From Pseudomonadota bacterium (GTDB lineage Bacteria; Pseudomonadota; Alphaproteobacteria; Caulobacterales; Caulobacteraceae), in the NCBI GenBank assembly GCA_023433655.1, contig JAEYUE010000123.1, positions 1 to 63,445 on the forward strand: a stretch of DNA of 63,445 nucleotides, in the 5' to 3' direction. The position numbers were made by a program, and so were the translations under genes. Under the pieces are notes generated by a model, which was not told the DNA's origin, searched no databases, and saw only the letters and a list, made by a program, of their open reading frames with translations. Shown piece by piece: positions 28,289 to 39,160 of this stretch. How positions within the stretch are numbered: position 1 is the stretch's first letter; each line of letters opens with the position of its first letter.

Positions 28289-31200
28289 ATGCAATCTCCC
28301 TTCCCTTCCTCCAACCCCTACGTGGGCCCGCGCGCTTTCGAACTAGGCGAGCAGCTCTATGGGCGTTCCGTCGAGACACGTGATCTGGTAAGCCTGTTGT
28401 GCGCTGAGCGCATCGTCCTGCTGCATTCGCCTTCGGGGGCCGGCAAGACCTCGCTCATACAGGCAGTACTCATCCCGCGCATGCGTGAGCGAAGGTTCTT
28501 TGTTCGGCCGCTGGCGCGCGTTAACCGTGAACCGACGCAGCCAATCGAAGCCGGGCATCTCAACCGCTATATATTCAGCGCGCTCAGCTCCTTCGAAAGC
28601 GCGCTGCCCCCGTCGGAGCAGATCCCTGAAGCAGAGCTGGCTGGGCTGACCCTGGCAGACTACAGGGAGCGGCGCCCCCGGCCGGCTGGCGCGAGCTTTG
28701 AATTGTTCATCTTCGACCAGTTCGAGGAAATTCTCACCCTCAACTCGGCCGACCCGGATGCCAAGACCGCCTTTTTCGCCCAACTGAGCCGTCTGCTGTA
28801 CAACGATACCTGTTGGGCGCTCTTCTCCATGCGTGAGGACTTCCTCGGCGCACTCGATCCTTACCTCAAATACATCCCCGACCGCCTCGGTACGAACTTC
28901 CGTCTGGATCTGCTGGGGCCTAAGGCCGCCGAACTGGCCTTGCAAATACCTGCGAAGGCCGCTGGCGTGGATTTTATAAATCCGGCGGTGCAGCGTCTGG
29001 TGAACGACCTGCGCCGGGTGCAGGTGCAGCTTCCTGATGGGCAGATGGAAGCCCGCCTGGGACCGTATGTTGAACCGGTGCAGCTCCAGGTGGTGGCTTA
29101 TCGCCTGTGGGAAAGTCTGAAGCCAGAAGATAAAACCATTGGACTGGACCATTTAACTGCGTTGGGCGATGTTGGCCAGGCGCTGGGGGATTACTATGCC
29201 CAGCGGGTAGCAGCAGTGGCCCAGGAATCGGGGGTTGGCGAGCGCGCCATCCGCGACTGGTTCGACCGCCGCCTTATCAATGAAGGCGGTATCCGCACGC
29301 CGGTACACCGCGGCCCGGAAACCAGCGCTGAGTTGGCCAATGCCGCGGTACACCGACTGGAAGACGCGCACCTTGTCCGCGCCGAGCAGCGCGGCGGGGC
29401 CATTTGGTACGAGCTTGCCCACGACCGTCTGATTGAGCCGGTGCAGAAAAACAATGCCGTCTGGTTCGCACAGAACCTCAGCTTGTTCCAGCGTCAGGCC
29501 GAGCTATGGAATATTCAGGGCCGCCCAGAGGGGTTGCTGCTCATCGGCAGGGAATTGGAACAGGTTGAGGGTTGGGTGAAAACCAACCCTGGTCTTTTTC
29601 CACACGAGCGCGATTTCCTAGAAGCCTGTCATCGTGCCCAAAAGCAGGTGGAACGCGAGCGCCGCCGCAATTGGCTGCTGCGCCTGCTAGCCATCTTGGC
29701 GAGTATCGCCGCACTGGCCGCTGCGGGCTTCGCTATACAAGCCAATGACTCAAATCATCAGGCGCAGGAACAGAAGGCCACCGCGCAAGCTGCAAGTACA
29801 CTGGCGATTGAGCAGCGCACGACTGCCGAAGAGTCTAGTCGTCTAGAAGCTCAACAGAGGGCCACGGCCGAAGAATCCAATCGTCTTGAGTCACAGCAAC
29901 GGGCTACAGCGCAATCTGCCAGTGCTCTAGCCTTGCAGCAGAGCAACAATGCGCGGATTAACCAGCTGGTTGCCCTAGCATCTATATACCAGACGCGTCA
30001 GCCTGATCTGTCTCTGCTCTTAAGTGTTGAGGGTTTTCTCAGGCGGGATGATTACCAGTCGCGCAATGGTCTTTATCAGAACCTTCAATCTACCCCGAAC
30101 CAATTGCTATCCTATTTAAAAGGTCACACAAATTCTGTGACAGAAGTAACTTTTTCACCGGATGGCAAGATTCTCGCCTCCAGTAGTCTTGATAATACGA
30201 TCATTTTGTGGAATGTGGCAACTCGCCAGGCGATGGGGCGGCCCCTCAAAGGACATACATTTTTTATTACAAGTCTCGCTTTCTCACCGGACGGACGTAT
30301 ATTGGCTTCTGGGTCATATGATAAAACCGTTCGGCTTTGGGATGTGTCCACACAACAAGAGATCGGGGAGCCAATCCAAGGAGATGCGCAAGGGACATAT
30401 GGGTTTTCCAGCTTAGTTTTCTCTCCAGACGGCAATATCCTCGCAGCAAGTAATCAAGACGACAAAACTATCCGATTATGGGACGTGACCACGCGCCAGC
30501 AAATTGGTGAACCACTCCAAGGCTATAAAGAAATGGTTTCGAGTTTAACCTTTTCGCCTGATGGGAAGTTCCTAATTTCTTACAGTAGTGATGGCTCGAT
30601 CCTTATATGGGATACTGTGACATGGCACGCTTCAAATGTCCTTCTCCAAAAACAGGACAATGGGTATTCAGAGGGACCATATAGCATCGTCTTCTCGCCA
30701 GATGGGAAAACTTTTGCAACCTCTAGTACGGGTAACATTTATATATGGGATTTACAGACTGGGCAACCGGTTGGTAAACCCCTTTACGGACACACCAATT
30801 ATATTAGAAGCTTTGTTTTCTCTACGGATGGCAAAACTATAGTTTCAAGTAGTGATGACAATACCATCCGCTTTTGGTCCGTTACGAAACGCCAGGAGCT
30901 TCGAGAGCCGCTTCAAGTACAATCTACCTCAGCAGAGACTCTTGATCTCTCTCCGAATGGGCATACTCTCGCTTCAGGTAGCAAAGATGGAATGGTTTAC
31001 TTGTGGGATACCACATTGCCAGACACAATCCAATCTGGTCAGCCGTTTTTCGGGAATTATTCAACGGTGCACAACGTAGTTTTCTCGCCTGATGGCAAGA
31101 TCCTTGTTTCAGGAAGTTATGATAATCTTATTCGTGTATGGGATGTAGCCACACGCCAACCCATTGGCGACCCGCTCCAGGGACAGGATCTCACCAAGAC

Positions 31201-32056
31201 AGTTAATGGCCTAGCTATTTCACCGGATAGTAAGATCTTGGCTTCCGGTAGTAGTGACTATACCATCAGATTATGGGACATTGTTACCCGGAAACCAATT
31301 GGAGATCTATTGCAGGGGCATACAGCCCCTATAAACACTTTAATGTTTTCACCAAATGGAAAAACCCTCGTATCCGGTAGTAATGATCATACGATCCGAT
31401 TATGGGATGTTAATACCCGCCAGCCCATCAGTGATCCACTCCAGGGGCACTCTAATTCTGTCCTTAGTTTAGCGTTCTCTCCGGATGGCAAGATCCTGGC
31501 TTCGGGCAGTTATGACGGAACAATTCGTTTATGGAATACAGCGAATTGGCAGCAGATCGGTGATCAAATTCATGAACCAACTGGTTCGGTCGATAGTATG
31601 GTCTTTTCACCGGATGGCAAGATTCTTGCCACAGGAAGTTACTACAATGCGATTATTTTCTGGGATGTGGCGACGCGTCAAATGATTGGCGAACCATTCC
31701 AGGGACAGGATTTCGCTAATACAGTTAATGGCTTGGCTTTTTCACCTGATGGGAAAATACTCGCTTCAGGCAGTAATAATGGAGATATCCGGTTATGGGA
31801 TGTCATGACGCGCCAGCCGATTGGTGAAACACTAGAAAAACAAGGCAATTCTGTATTCAGCCTTGCTTATTCGCCAGATGGAAAGATTATGGTTACTGGG
31901 GGAAATGATATTTTCATCCCTGCCTGGGATGTTGACCCCGCCTCCTGGACCGCAGGCGCCTGCCGCATCGCCAACCGCAACCTAACCCAGGCCGAGTGGC
32001 AGCAGTTCATCGGTCTCGATGAGCCCTACCGTAAGACTTGCACACATAATCCGTAG
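28289..32056 (+). CDS. nSTAND1-type NTPase with TM helix and C-terminal WD40 repeats
   Basis: NPYVGPRAF, SPSGAGKTSL, FDQFEE, ELAHD; hydrophobic LLAILASIAALAAAGFAI; ~14 FSPDG..LASGS..WD repeats. Confidence 0.9.
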   Translation: MQSPFPSSNPYVGPRAFELGEQLYGRSVETRDLVSLLCAERIVLLHSPSGAGKTSLIQAVLIPRMRERRFFVRPLARVNREPTQPIEAGHLNRYIFSALSSFESALPPSEQIPEAELAGLTLADYRERRPRPAGASFELFIFDQFEEILTLNSADPDAKTAFFAQLSRLLYNDTCWALFSMREDFLGALDPYLKYIPDRLGTNFRLDLLGPKAAELALQIPAKAAGVDFINPAVQRLVNDLRRVQVQLPDGQMEARLGPYVEPVQLQVVAYRLWESLKPEDKTIGLDHLTALGDVGQALGDYYAQRVAAVAQESGVGERAIRDWFDRRLINEGGIRTPVHRGPETSAELANAAVHRLEDAHLVRAEQRGGAIWYELAHDRLIEPVQKNNAVWFAQNLSLFQRQAELWNIQGRPEGLLLIGRELEQVEGWVKTNPGLFPHERDFLEACHRAQKQVERERRRNWLLRLLAILASIAALAAAGFAIQANDSNHQAQEQKATAQAASTLAIEQRTTAEESSRLEAQQRATAEESNRLESQQRATAQSASALALQQSNNARINQLVALASIYQTRQPDLSLLLSVEGFLRRDDYQSRNGLYQNLQSTPNQLLSYLKGHTNSVTEVTFSPDGKILASSSLDNTIILWNVATRQAMGRPLKGHTFFITSLAFSPDGRILASGSYDKTVRLWDVSTQQEIGEPIQGDAQGTYGFSSLVFSPDGNILAASNQDDKTIRLWDVTTRQQIGEPLQGYKEMVSSLTFSPDGKFLISYSSDGSILIWDTVTWHASNVLLQKQDNGYSEGPYSIVFSPDGKTFATSSTGNIYIWDLQTGQPVGKPLYGHTNYIRSFVFSTDGKTIVSSSDDNTIRFWSVTKRQELREPLQVQSTSAETLDLSPNGHTLASGSKDGMVYLWDTTLPDTIQSGQPFFGNYSTVHNVVFSPDGKILVSGSYDNLIRVWDVATRQPIGDPLQGQDLTKTVNGLAISPDSKILASGSSDYTIRLWDIVTRKPIGDLLQGHTAPINTLMFSPNGKTLVSGSNDHTIRLWDVNTRQPISDPLQGHSNSVLSLAFSPDGKILASGSYDGTIRLWNTANWQQIGDQIHEPTGSVDSMVFSPDGKILATGSYYNAIIFWDVATRQMIGEPFQGQDFANTVNGLAFSPDGKILASGSNNGDIRLWDVMTRQPIGETLEKQGNSVFSLAYSPDGKIMVTGGNDIFIPAWDVDPASWTAGACRIANRNLTQAEWQQFIGLDEPYRKTCTHNP

Positions 32057-32429
32057 CACTCGCTGACAATGGAGAATATTGTCTAGTGTGGCCTGGGAGG
32101 CGGTTCATTGGTGGCTATGGAGTGTTGGATTTCAAAAAGCCTCTTTTCCAAGCTGAGTTGGTTAGTGAATCTGATAGTTGAACAGTTCATCCTGCTCCCT
32201 TTTACCCCACTGAGCTTCATTTGACCAATGATATTTGCCAGCATTTTACAATTGATATGATAGTAACCGATTAGCATATATTAACCAATCTTGGTATGTA
32301 GCTAATTTATTAATGATGATCAACCATAAACATTTAACTACCGAAATTGTTTCTGCCATTGCTCACGGTCGCTTGTGCTAAACGCGAGCCAAAGTTTATC
32401 TTAAGCTGAAAGCCGAAAAAGGGAAATCT

Positions 32430-33872
32430 ATGACCGAAATACATGATAAACTGCTGGTTTTCAACGGTATAAATGGGGCCTCTGGGCGGTATTCCCTGCC
32501 GTCGATGACGCCAGAGCAATTCAGTGCCGGGATCCTGGGCACCCTACCGGATGAGGAAACGAAAGCCTTAAATGCATGGTTTGCGAACCGCAATGAGGCC
32601 AATTATGGCATGATCGAAGGCCATGATCCGTATAAGCTGCAAGAGTCTGGGTGGGGAATTGTCTTTCCGGCGAATACTAACCCTGCGGTTGTCGAAGCAC
32701 TGAAGCCGCTGACCAATTGGCGCAAGCAGCAGGCTGGGAAGTTATACAAAGAATACTCCGGCGGGATTACCGGTGTGCGACCTAATGATACCAAGAGTGC
32801 CTGGCTTGCGCGCCAGAACGTGCCATCCTTTGGCCCGGTGGACCCGGAGATCATCCCCTATTATATGCTGCTGGTCGGAAGCCCGGCGGAAATCGATTAC
32901 CGCTTCCAGTACCTGCTTGATGTGCAATATGCTGTCGGGCGCATTTACTTTGACACACCCGAGGAGTATGCGAACTATGCTCAGAGCGTGGTCGAAGTAG
33001 AAAAGAAGCAAATCCAGCTTCAGCGTAAGCTAGTGTTCTTTGGCACGGCGAACCCGGATGATGTCGCTACCGACCTGAGTGCCAACCAGTTGATCCTGCC
33101 TCTGGCAGAAATATTATCCAAGCAGAAACTTAAGGATCAGGATCTCTGGCAGATTCAGACAGTATTGAAGGATGAGGCGCTCAAACAGCGCCTGAGCGAT
33201 TTCATAGGGGGATTAGAGACTCCTGCGATTCTGCTCACCGCATCACACGGCATGTGTTTTCCAAGCGGCGATCCTCGCCAGTTCCGTCACCAAGGTGCGC
33301 TTCTCTGCCAGGATTGGCCCGGCCCACGCCAGTGGAAAGGCTCCATTCCGGAGACCTTTTATTTCTCTGCCGACGATCTGCCCCGCGATGCCAGGTTAGG
33401 TGGCAAAATTGCCTTCTTCTTCGCATGTTATGGTGCCGGCACCCCTCAGTATGACGAGTTTGCTAGGCAAGCTTTCAAAGGCCGGGGGGAGCAGATGGCG
33501 CCCTATCCCTTCTTATCACACCTGCCACAAAAAATGCTATCCCATCCCAACGGCGGCGCGCTGGCTGTGGTTGGCCATATCGAACGCGCTTGGACGTATT
33601 CCTTCGTTTGGGGTATGGGCCGTTCGCTGACTGCTTTTCAATCCGCACTCACATCGTTAATGGTCGGTGCACCCATCGGTCACGCTTTCCAAGTTTTCAA
33701 TGAGCGCTACGGGGAATTCTCCACCGATCTGACCCAGACGCTTGAGGATGCGCAGTGGATGCCAGTTGACCCACATGAGCTGGTCGGAAAGTGGACCGCC
33801 AATAACGATGCGAAGAACTACGTTGTTCTTGGTGATCCGGCAGTGCGCGTGATAATTTCCCCAAATACTTAG
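32430..33872 (+). CDS. Caspase-fold cysteine protease, gingipain/C25-like
   Basis: YYMLLVG, VGRI, ASHG (His), FACYG (Cys), GGALAVVG, YVVLGDPA; no signal peptide. Confidence 0.78.
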   Translation: MTEIHDKLLVFNGINGASGRYSLPSMTPEQFSAGILGTLPDEETKALNAWFANRNEANYGMIEGHDPYKLQESGWGIVFPANTNPAVVEALKPLTNWRKQQAGKLYKEYSGGITGVRPNDTKSAWLARQNVPSFGPVDPEIIPYYMLLVGSPAEIDYRFQYLLDVQYAVGRIYFDTPEEYANYAQSVVEVEKKQIQLQRKLVFFGTANPDDVATDLSANQLILPLAEILSKQKLKDQDLWQIQTVLKDEALKQRLSDFIGGLETPAILLTASHGMCFPSGDPRQFRHQGALLCQDWPGPRQWKGSIPETFYFSADDLPRDARLGGKIAFFFACYGAGTPQYDEFARQAFKGRGEQMAPYPFLSHLPQKMLSHPNGGALAVVGHIERAWTYSFVWGMGRSLTAFQSALTSLMVGAPIGHAFQVFNERYGEFSTDLTQTLEDAQWMPVDPHELVGKWTANNDAKNYVVLGDPAVRVIISPNT

Positions 33873-34112
33873 AAATTTGCCGGGGCATCAATGGCCTAGC
33901 CTTTCCCATTGAACTATCATTGCCCATACCAGGCAAAGATCCTGCTGCTGTCTCAGATACTGGCGCGGGCCGTAGATCGTTCCTTCTGTCGTAGGCAATA
34001 ATCCAAGTTATCTATAATCATGATTATTCAGAAAGCACACCTTTTTCAAGGAAACCTCGGTGGAGTTTAGGTTCATAATATGAAGATTATGTGAATACTA
34101 ACTACCCGGTAA

Positions 34113-35377
34113 TGACCTGACCCCCGAGAATCGGTCCAAAAGATAAGTGGAAAAGAAGGAAAAAAACCAGGTATCTTTAAGGGAAGAAAGGCAGGCAAAA
34201 TGGCAAAGAAAACATTCCGCGCAGAAGACATCATCAACAAACTGCGCGAAGCGGAAGTGCTGATCAGCTAGGGCAAGACCGTGGCAGAAGTCTGTAAATC
34301 GATCGGGGTGACGGATCAAACCTACTATCGCTGGAAGAAAGAATACGGTGGGATGCGGACGGACCAGGCCAGGCGGCTGAAAGAGCTGGAGCGCGAGAAC
34401 GGCCGGCTGCGCAAGGTAGTAGCCGATTTGAGTTTAGATATTGAAATTCTCAAGGAAGCCAACGCATTAAAATGACCAGCCCGGCAAAGCGGCGTGCATC
34501 AGTCGAACAGGTGCGAACAGTGTTCGGGGTGTCTGAGCGGCGCGCGTGCCGGGTGATTGGACAAACCAGATTGACGCAGCGTCGTCCGCCGGTGAAGCGG
34601 GATGATGAAGAACAGCTGCGCAAAGAGATCGTGCTGCTAGCCAGCCGGTTTGGACGGTAAGGTTACCGGCGCGTGACGGCGCTGCTGCGCAGCGCGGGTT
34701 GGCAGGTAAAACACAAGCGGGTCGAGCGTATTTGGCGCGCCGAAGGGCTGAAAGTGCCCAAAAAGCAGCCCAAACGAGGACGGCTGTGGTTCAATGACGG
34801 ATCGTGTGTACGCCTGCAAGCAGCGTACCCCATGCATGTCTGGAGCTATGACTTTGTGGCGGATCGCACGCATGACGGAAAAGCGTTCCGCACCTTGAAA
34901 CTCATCGATGAATTCACGCGCTAATGCCTCTAGATCCGTGTGGAACGCAATCTCAAAGGCGATGAGATGCAGGAGTGCTTGACCGAACTGTTCTGCCAGC
35001 GCGGTGTCACATCCTACATTCGTTCCGATAATGGTTCGGGATTCTGCAACGCGCAGATCCGCGCCTGGCTGAACGCGCTGGCGGTAAAACCGCTCTTTAT
35101 CGAGCCGGGCAGTCCCTTGGAGAATGACTCCATCGAGAGCTTCAATGGCAAGTTCCGCGATGAACTCTTGAACCGCGAAATCTTTTGCTCCTTGAAGGAG
35201 GCCCAAATTATTATCGAGCAGTGGCGAAAGGAGTACAATACGATCAGGCCGCACAGCGCCTTAGGCTATCGGCCCCCGCTCCCGAAGCGGTACTGCTGCC
35301 CGAACTGGCAGCTCCGCTGTTCCCTCCGGCTGTCGTCTCTACCACTTATTAATTGGACCAATCAATGGGACTGGTCA
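34113..35377 (+). mobile_element. IS3-family element, inactivated
   Basis: Imperfect IRs TGACC...GGTCCAA; orfA from 34200 with TAG at 34269; orfB (WSYDF, RSDNG, IESFNG) broken by stops at 34658 and 34922. Confidence 0.88.
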
Positions 35378-35547
35378 CAGGCGATTTTAGAGTTGATGAA
35401 TAGTAAGACATATCTGATGGGGGAAAAGATGAATCGAAAAACAGAACATCTACTATAATGGCTTATATATCCAGGTAATTTTTTCACCAGCAAATTTTCA
35501 TGTCATGTAAATCACATAAATGACTTATTACTTTATGGAGAAATAAA

Positions 35548-35954
35548 ATGGCAAAAAAACCAGCGGAACCAATATCACCATCAAGGGCAATATGCGCGCC
35601 GAACATGATGTGGTGATGGGAGATCAGTACAACACCATTCAAATAGGCAGCATCCAGTCTGCCTGTGAATTCGCCCAAACCCTAGAAAAAGTACAGACGC
35701 AAATCGCGGCTCTCAAGCAGTCGGGGGAACTCAGCCACCCTGTCAAAACGAATCTGGAGGCTGCCGAGACCAGAGTAGCAGCCGCGAAGGAAGAGGCATG
35801 CGCCCCACAGCCCGTTGGCGAAAGCATTAAGGCAACGTTAAGCGAAGCAAAAGAGTACATGCATCAGATCTCAAGCAGTCTCCAGTCCGCCGCGTCGCTC
35901 GGCACCACCCTTGGCGGGCTGGCCTTACTAGCGTTAAAAGTGTTTGGCGGATAA
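35548..35954 (+). pseudogene. Small helical protein with hydrophobic C-terminus, upstream of NACHT gene; 5' frameshift
   Basis: GGAG RBS and ATG 35548; the A7 run 35553-35559 needs A8 to join ORF 35592-35954. Confidence 0.6.
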
Positions 35955-35976
35955 CTTGTCATCCACGAAGGGGAGC

Positions 35977-38777
35977 ATGTCCGATTCCAATACCCTCAGA
36001 ACTAAAGGCGGGGTAACCTGCGCGGATTTCATCGGGCGCGATCAGCATAACATCCGATACGGTTTTGAACCGCAGGATGTCGAGCACATCATCGATCACG
36101 TGCTGGAATTGCTGCGTGTGGGAGGCGTGTTTCTGCCTGCTAATGACCATTTGGAAGCGCTGCGCATCGAGCATGACAGCCAGTCGCTTACCATCCAACC
36201 GGGTGCGGTGCGCCAGCTCTCCAGCATGGGCAGCGAGCGAGCTTACCTACTCTCCCTGACGATTGACCAGGAGTTTCAGCGCTGGGCCACTCGCTTTGTA
36301 CCCTTAGCCGGGCATATGGATATTCGCCAGGTGATTGAAGGCCTACCGATAGCCTTCACGGAACTTATCATACCTATCGGCGAAAGCTCGATGCAGGCCC
36401 AGCCAACCACTCGATCGCTAAAGGATATCACCGAGGCGATGCACAGCCACGGCGCTTTTGTCGTTCTTGGGGATCCAGGCGCGGGCAAGACCACCACGCT
36501 GCAGAAAATTGCCTTTGATGAAGCTAGAGACCGCCTGGAAAAGAAGCCCGGTCGGATTCCACTGTTTATCCGCCTCAGCCAGCAGGGAGAGCGCGACCCA
36601 TACAACTTTTTGCAGATGGAATGGGAGCGGCGAATCGGCACACCCTTTACCGAAGCCTTGCAAAATGGGCGCGTTTTAATTCTGGCTGATGGGCTAAACG
36701 AAATCCCTCGCGATCGGCGCGGGGAGCGCCTGTTGGCCTGGATGATGTTCGAGCAGCAGTACCGTGGGGCGAACCAAATGATTTTCAGCGGACGGGAAAA
36801 GGATTATGACAACCAGCTCAACCTGCCACGAGTGCTGGTGGAGCCGCTGGACGGACCGCGCATCGCGGAATTTTTAGAACGCCACCGCGCTGAGGGGCTT
36901 GCGGAACTGTTAAGTGACCCTGCTACTCGTCTGAACGAGCTGGCCAGAAACCCGCTCAACCTGTTCGTTATGGTGATGGTGTATCTGCAGGGAGGAAAAA
37001 ACCTGCAGATGTTGGCCAACCGGGGCCGCCTGTTTGAAGGGTTCACCGGCCACCTGCTAGGCCGCGAGCAGCTCTGGCACCCGGATAGTTTGAGCGTGGA
37101 CGCGAAGGTGAACCTGTTCTCCAGCCTGGCTTATGAGATGCAACACAAAGGCTCCGGCACGACCATTTCTCTGGAGGAGATTTTCCAGGCGCTTCCTTCA
37201 AAAGTTATGGTAATGGGCGAAGCCGTGCCGGTGGACGCGAACGAGCTACTGCGATTTGGACGAGGCGCGACGATCCTGGATCCGAGGATGCTGGAGGAAA
37301 TGCGCTTTTACCACCACCTCTTGCAGGAGTATTTCGCGGCGCGCGAGCTACTGCGGCGCTTCAACCACGGCGAGAATCTTTGCTCGCTGTGGAATGTGGA
37401 CTGCTCCGCCGAAGGAATGGCACCTGCTGAAGTGGGCGAATGGGATCCGCTGCCTGAACCGCCAGGCACGGGTTGGGAAGTGACCACTATCCTAGCCTGC
37501 GGGCTGAGCCGCGACCCAGCCCGGTTTGTGGAGGCTGTGCGCCAGGCCAATCCCGCTCTCGCCGGACGCTGCCTAGAAGAAGCTGGCTTGAGTGGCATCC
37601 AACCGCGGCGATTGGGCGGGCTTTCTATTGGCTTGCGGGTGGATCACGCCTTCCAACCGGTCTGGAAATCGATATGCGTCGATCTACATACACGGCTGTA
37701 TAACCACAGCACGCATCTGCGCGCCCGTTTGCAGGCTGGTGAAATCCTGGGTAAACTTGGTGACCCACGCTTTGAGCAACGGAAAATTAACGGCGTCTGT
37801 TTAATCCTGCCGGAAATGCGCCAGATCCCCGGCGGAACTTATATGGTTGGCAGCCGAGAGGATGATCCCTATTCGTTAGATAATGAGCGTCCGCAGTGTC
37901 CTGTGGAGCTGACAGCCTTTTCAATCGGGCGGTGGCCGGTGACCAACGCCGAGTATGCTTGCTTTATAGAAGCGGGCGGGTATCAAGAACCTTCCTTTTG
38001 GGAAGGTGACTTAGCCCAGCGTTGGCTGAAAGGAGAAGAGGTATCAGGCGGGCAGTTCCATACTTGGTTAAAGTTCTGGAAAGTTCTACAGTCCATGGGC
38101 GATAAAGTACGAGAGACTCTAGAGTCTATTGGAAGTTTTTCCCCAGATGATGTTATCTATTATGAAGACTTCGCGAAAATGAGTGAAGAGGAGGCGAAAG
38201 CCTCATTATGTCAGAGCCTTTCGATCAAATCCGTTACTTTCCCGCTTTCTGGGAAGACCGCCTCTACAACAATTCTTCCCAACCCAGCGTAGGCATCACT
38301 TGGTTTGAGGCGCGTGCTTACTGCGCTTGGCTGTCCGCGGTCACTGGGCGAATATACCGCCTGCCGTTTGAACTAGAATGGGAAGTGGCCGCACGAGGCC
38401 GGGATTCCCGGTTATATCCCTGGGGTAACGAATGGGATGCCGCACGCTGCAACAGCGTTGAAGGCCGGGTGATGAAAGCTACCTTGGTTGGCGTGTATGC
38501 TGCGGCTGGAGGAAAGGAACCAGTAGGCGTAGAGGACCAGGCGGGAAATGTTTGGGAATGGACGAGCAGCCTGTACCGACCGTACCCTTATGAAGCTTGC
38601 CAATGTGAAGACTTTAACCGATCAGAAGAGTGCTTGATCCGCGGCGGTTCGTGGAACTATAGTCAAAGGTATGCGCGTTGCGCCGTCAGAAATACGTGCG
38701 ACCCTGCCGAATTCGACAACAATGTTGGTTTTCGTCTATGCGCATTGGATATCAAGGATGGGAAATCTGTGCCGTAG
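35977..38777 (+). pseudogene. NACHT NTPase + FGE-sulfatase (SUMF1/CLec-fold) protein, frameshifted
   Basis: GDPGAGKTT, LADGLNE, NPL, FYHHLLQEYFAA; FGE motifs PVTNAEY, RLP..EWE.AARG, GNVWEW, RGGSW, VGFR; single-base frame change near 38231. Confidence 0.85.
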
Positions 38778-38917
38778 TTGGACCATTCGGCGGCGCCATG
38801 CTCCATATTGGCCCACCATCAATCCCCTTCCAGGTGATCTTATTTTTATCCGTCTTATCCATATTTACTCCCCCTAACCAAGTATTCCCTTACTAAAATG
38901 CAAAGTCAGTATTTTTC

Positions 38918-38946
38918 TTGTCTAGTTACCAGAAACCATGTAAAAT
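38918..38946 (+). promoter_or_regulatory. Sigma70-type promoter facing att-like site 1
   Basis: TTGTCT-N17-TAAAAT; an equivalent motif lies at the same distance before site 3. Confidence 0.5.
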
Positions 38947-39063
38947 CGAACGTAAGCAAGGTTGGATCCTTAAAAATCGCTTAAAACAGCCGTCAAATCG
39001 AGTAAGTTGCTGAGAATTTCGATCCCGCGATCATTCCCGCGATTTCAGGAATGCGTTTCTTCA

Positions 39064-39128
39064 AGATGGAGCGATGCCCGTCGCTCCCGCTAAAAACTCA
39101 CTCTAAAAATGAGTGAGTTTTTTGTTTT
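39064..39128 (+). repeat. att-like site 1 (tRNA 3'-end-like core) plus intrinsic terminator
   Basis: AGATGGAGCGATGCCCGTCGCTCCCGCT, 27/28 identical to 43495-43522; followed by AAAAACTCACTC-N7-GAGTGAGTTTTT and a T-run. Confidence 0.7.
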
Positions 39129-39160
39129 AACCGACCTTTTCATTCAGTTTATTGGTAGGT

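Noticed and set aside
30120..31920. Periodic DNA similarity as a repeat array
   Set aside because: Explained by WD40 coding repeats.
580..34271. In-frame TAG codons (istA 580, IS3 orfA 34269, integrase relic) as stop-codon recoding
   Set aside because: They occur in decayed mobile genes, some of which also have TAA stops or frameshifts; they fit CAG-to-TAG changes; TAG also ends intact genes (13246, 32056, 33872, 42813).
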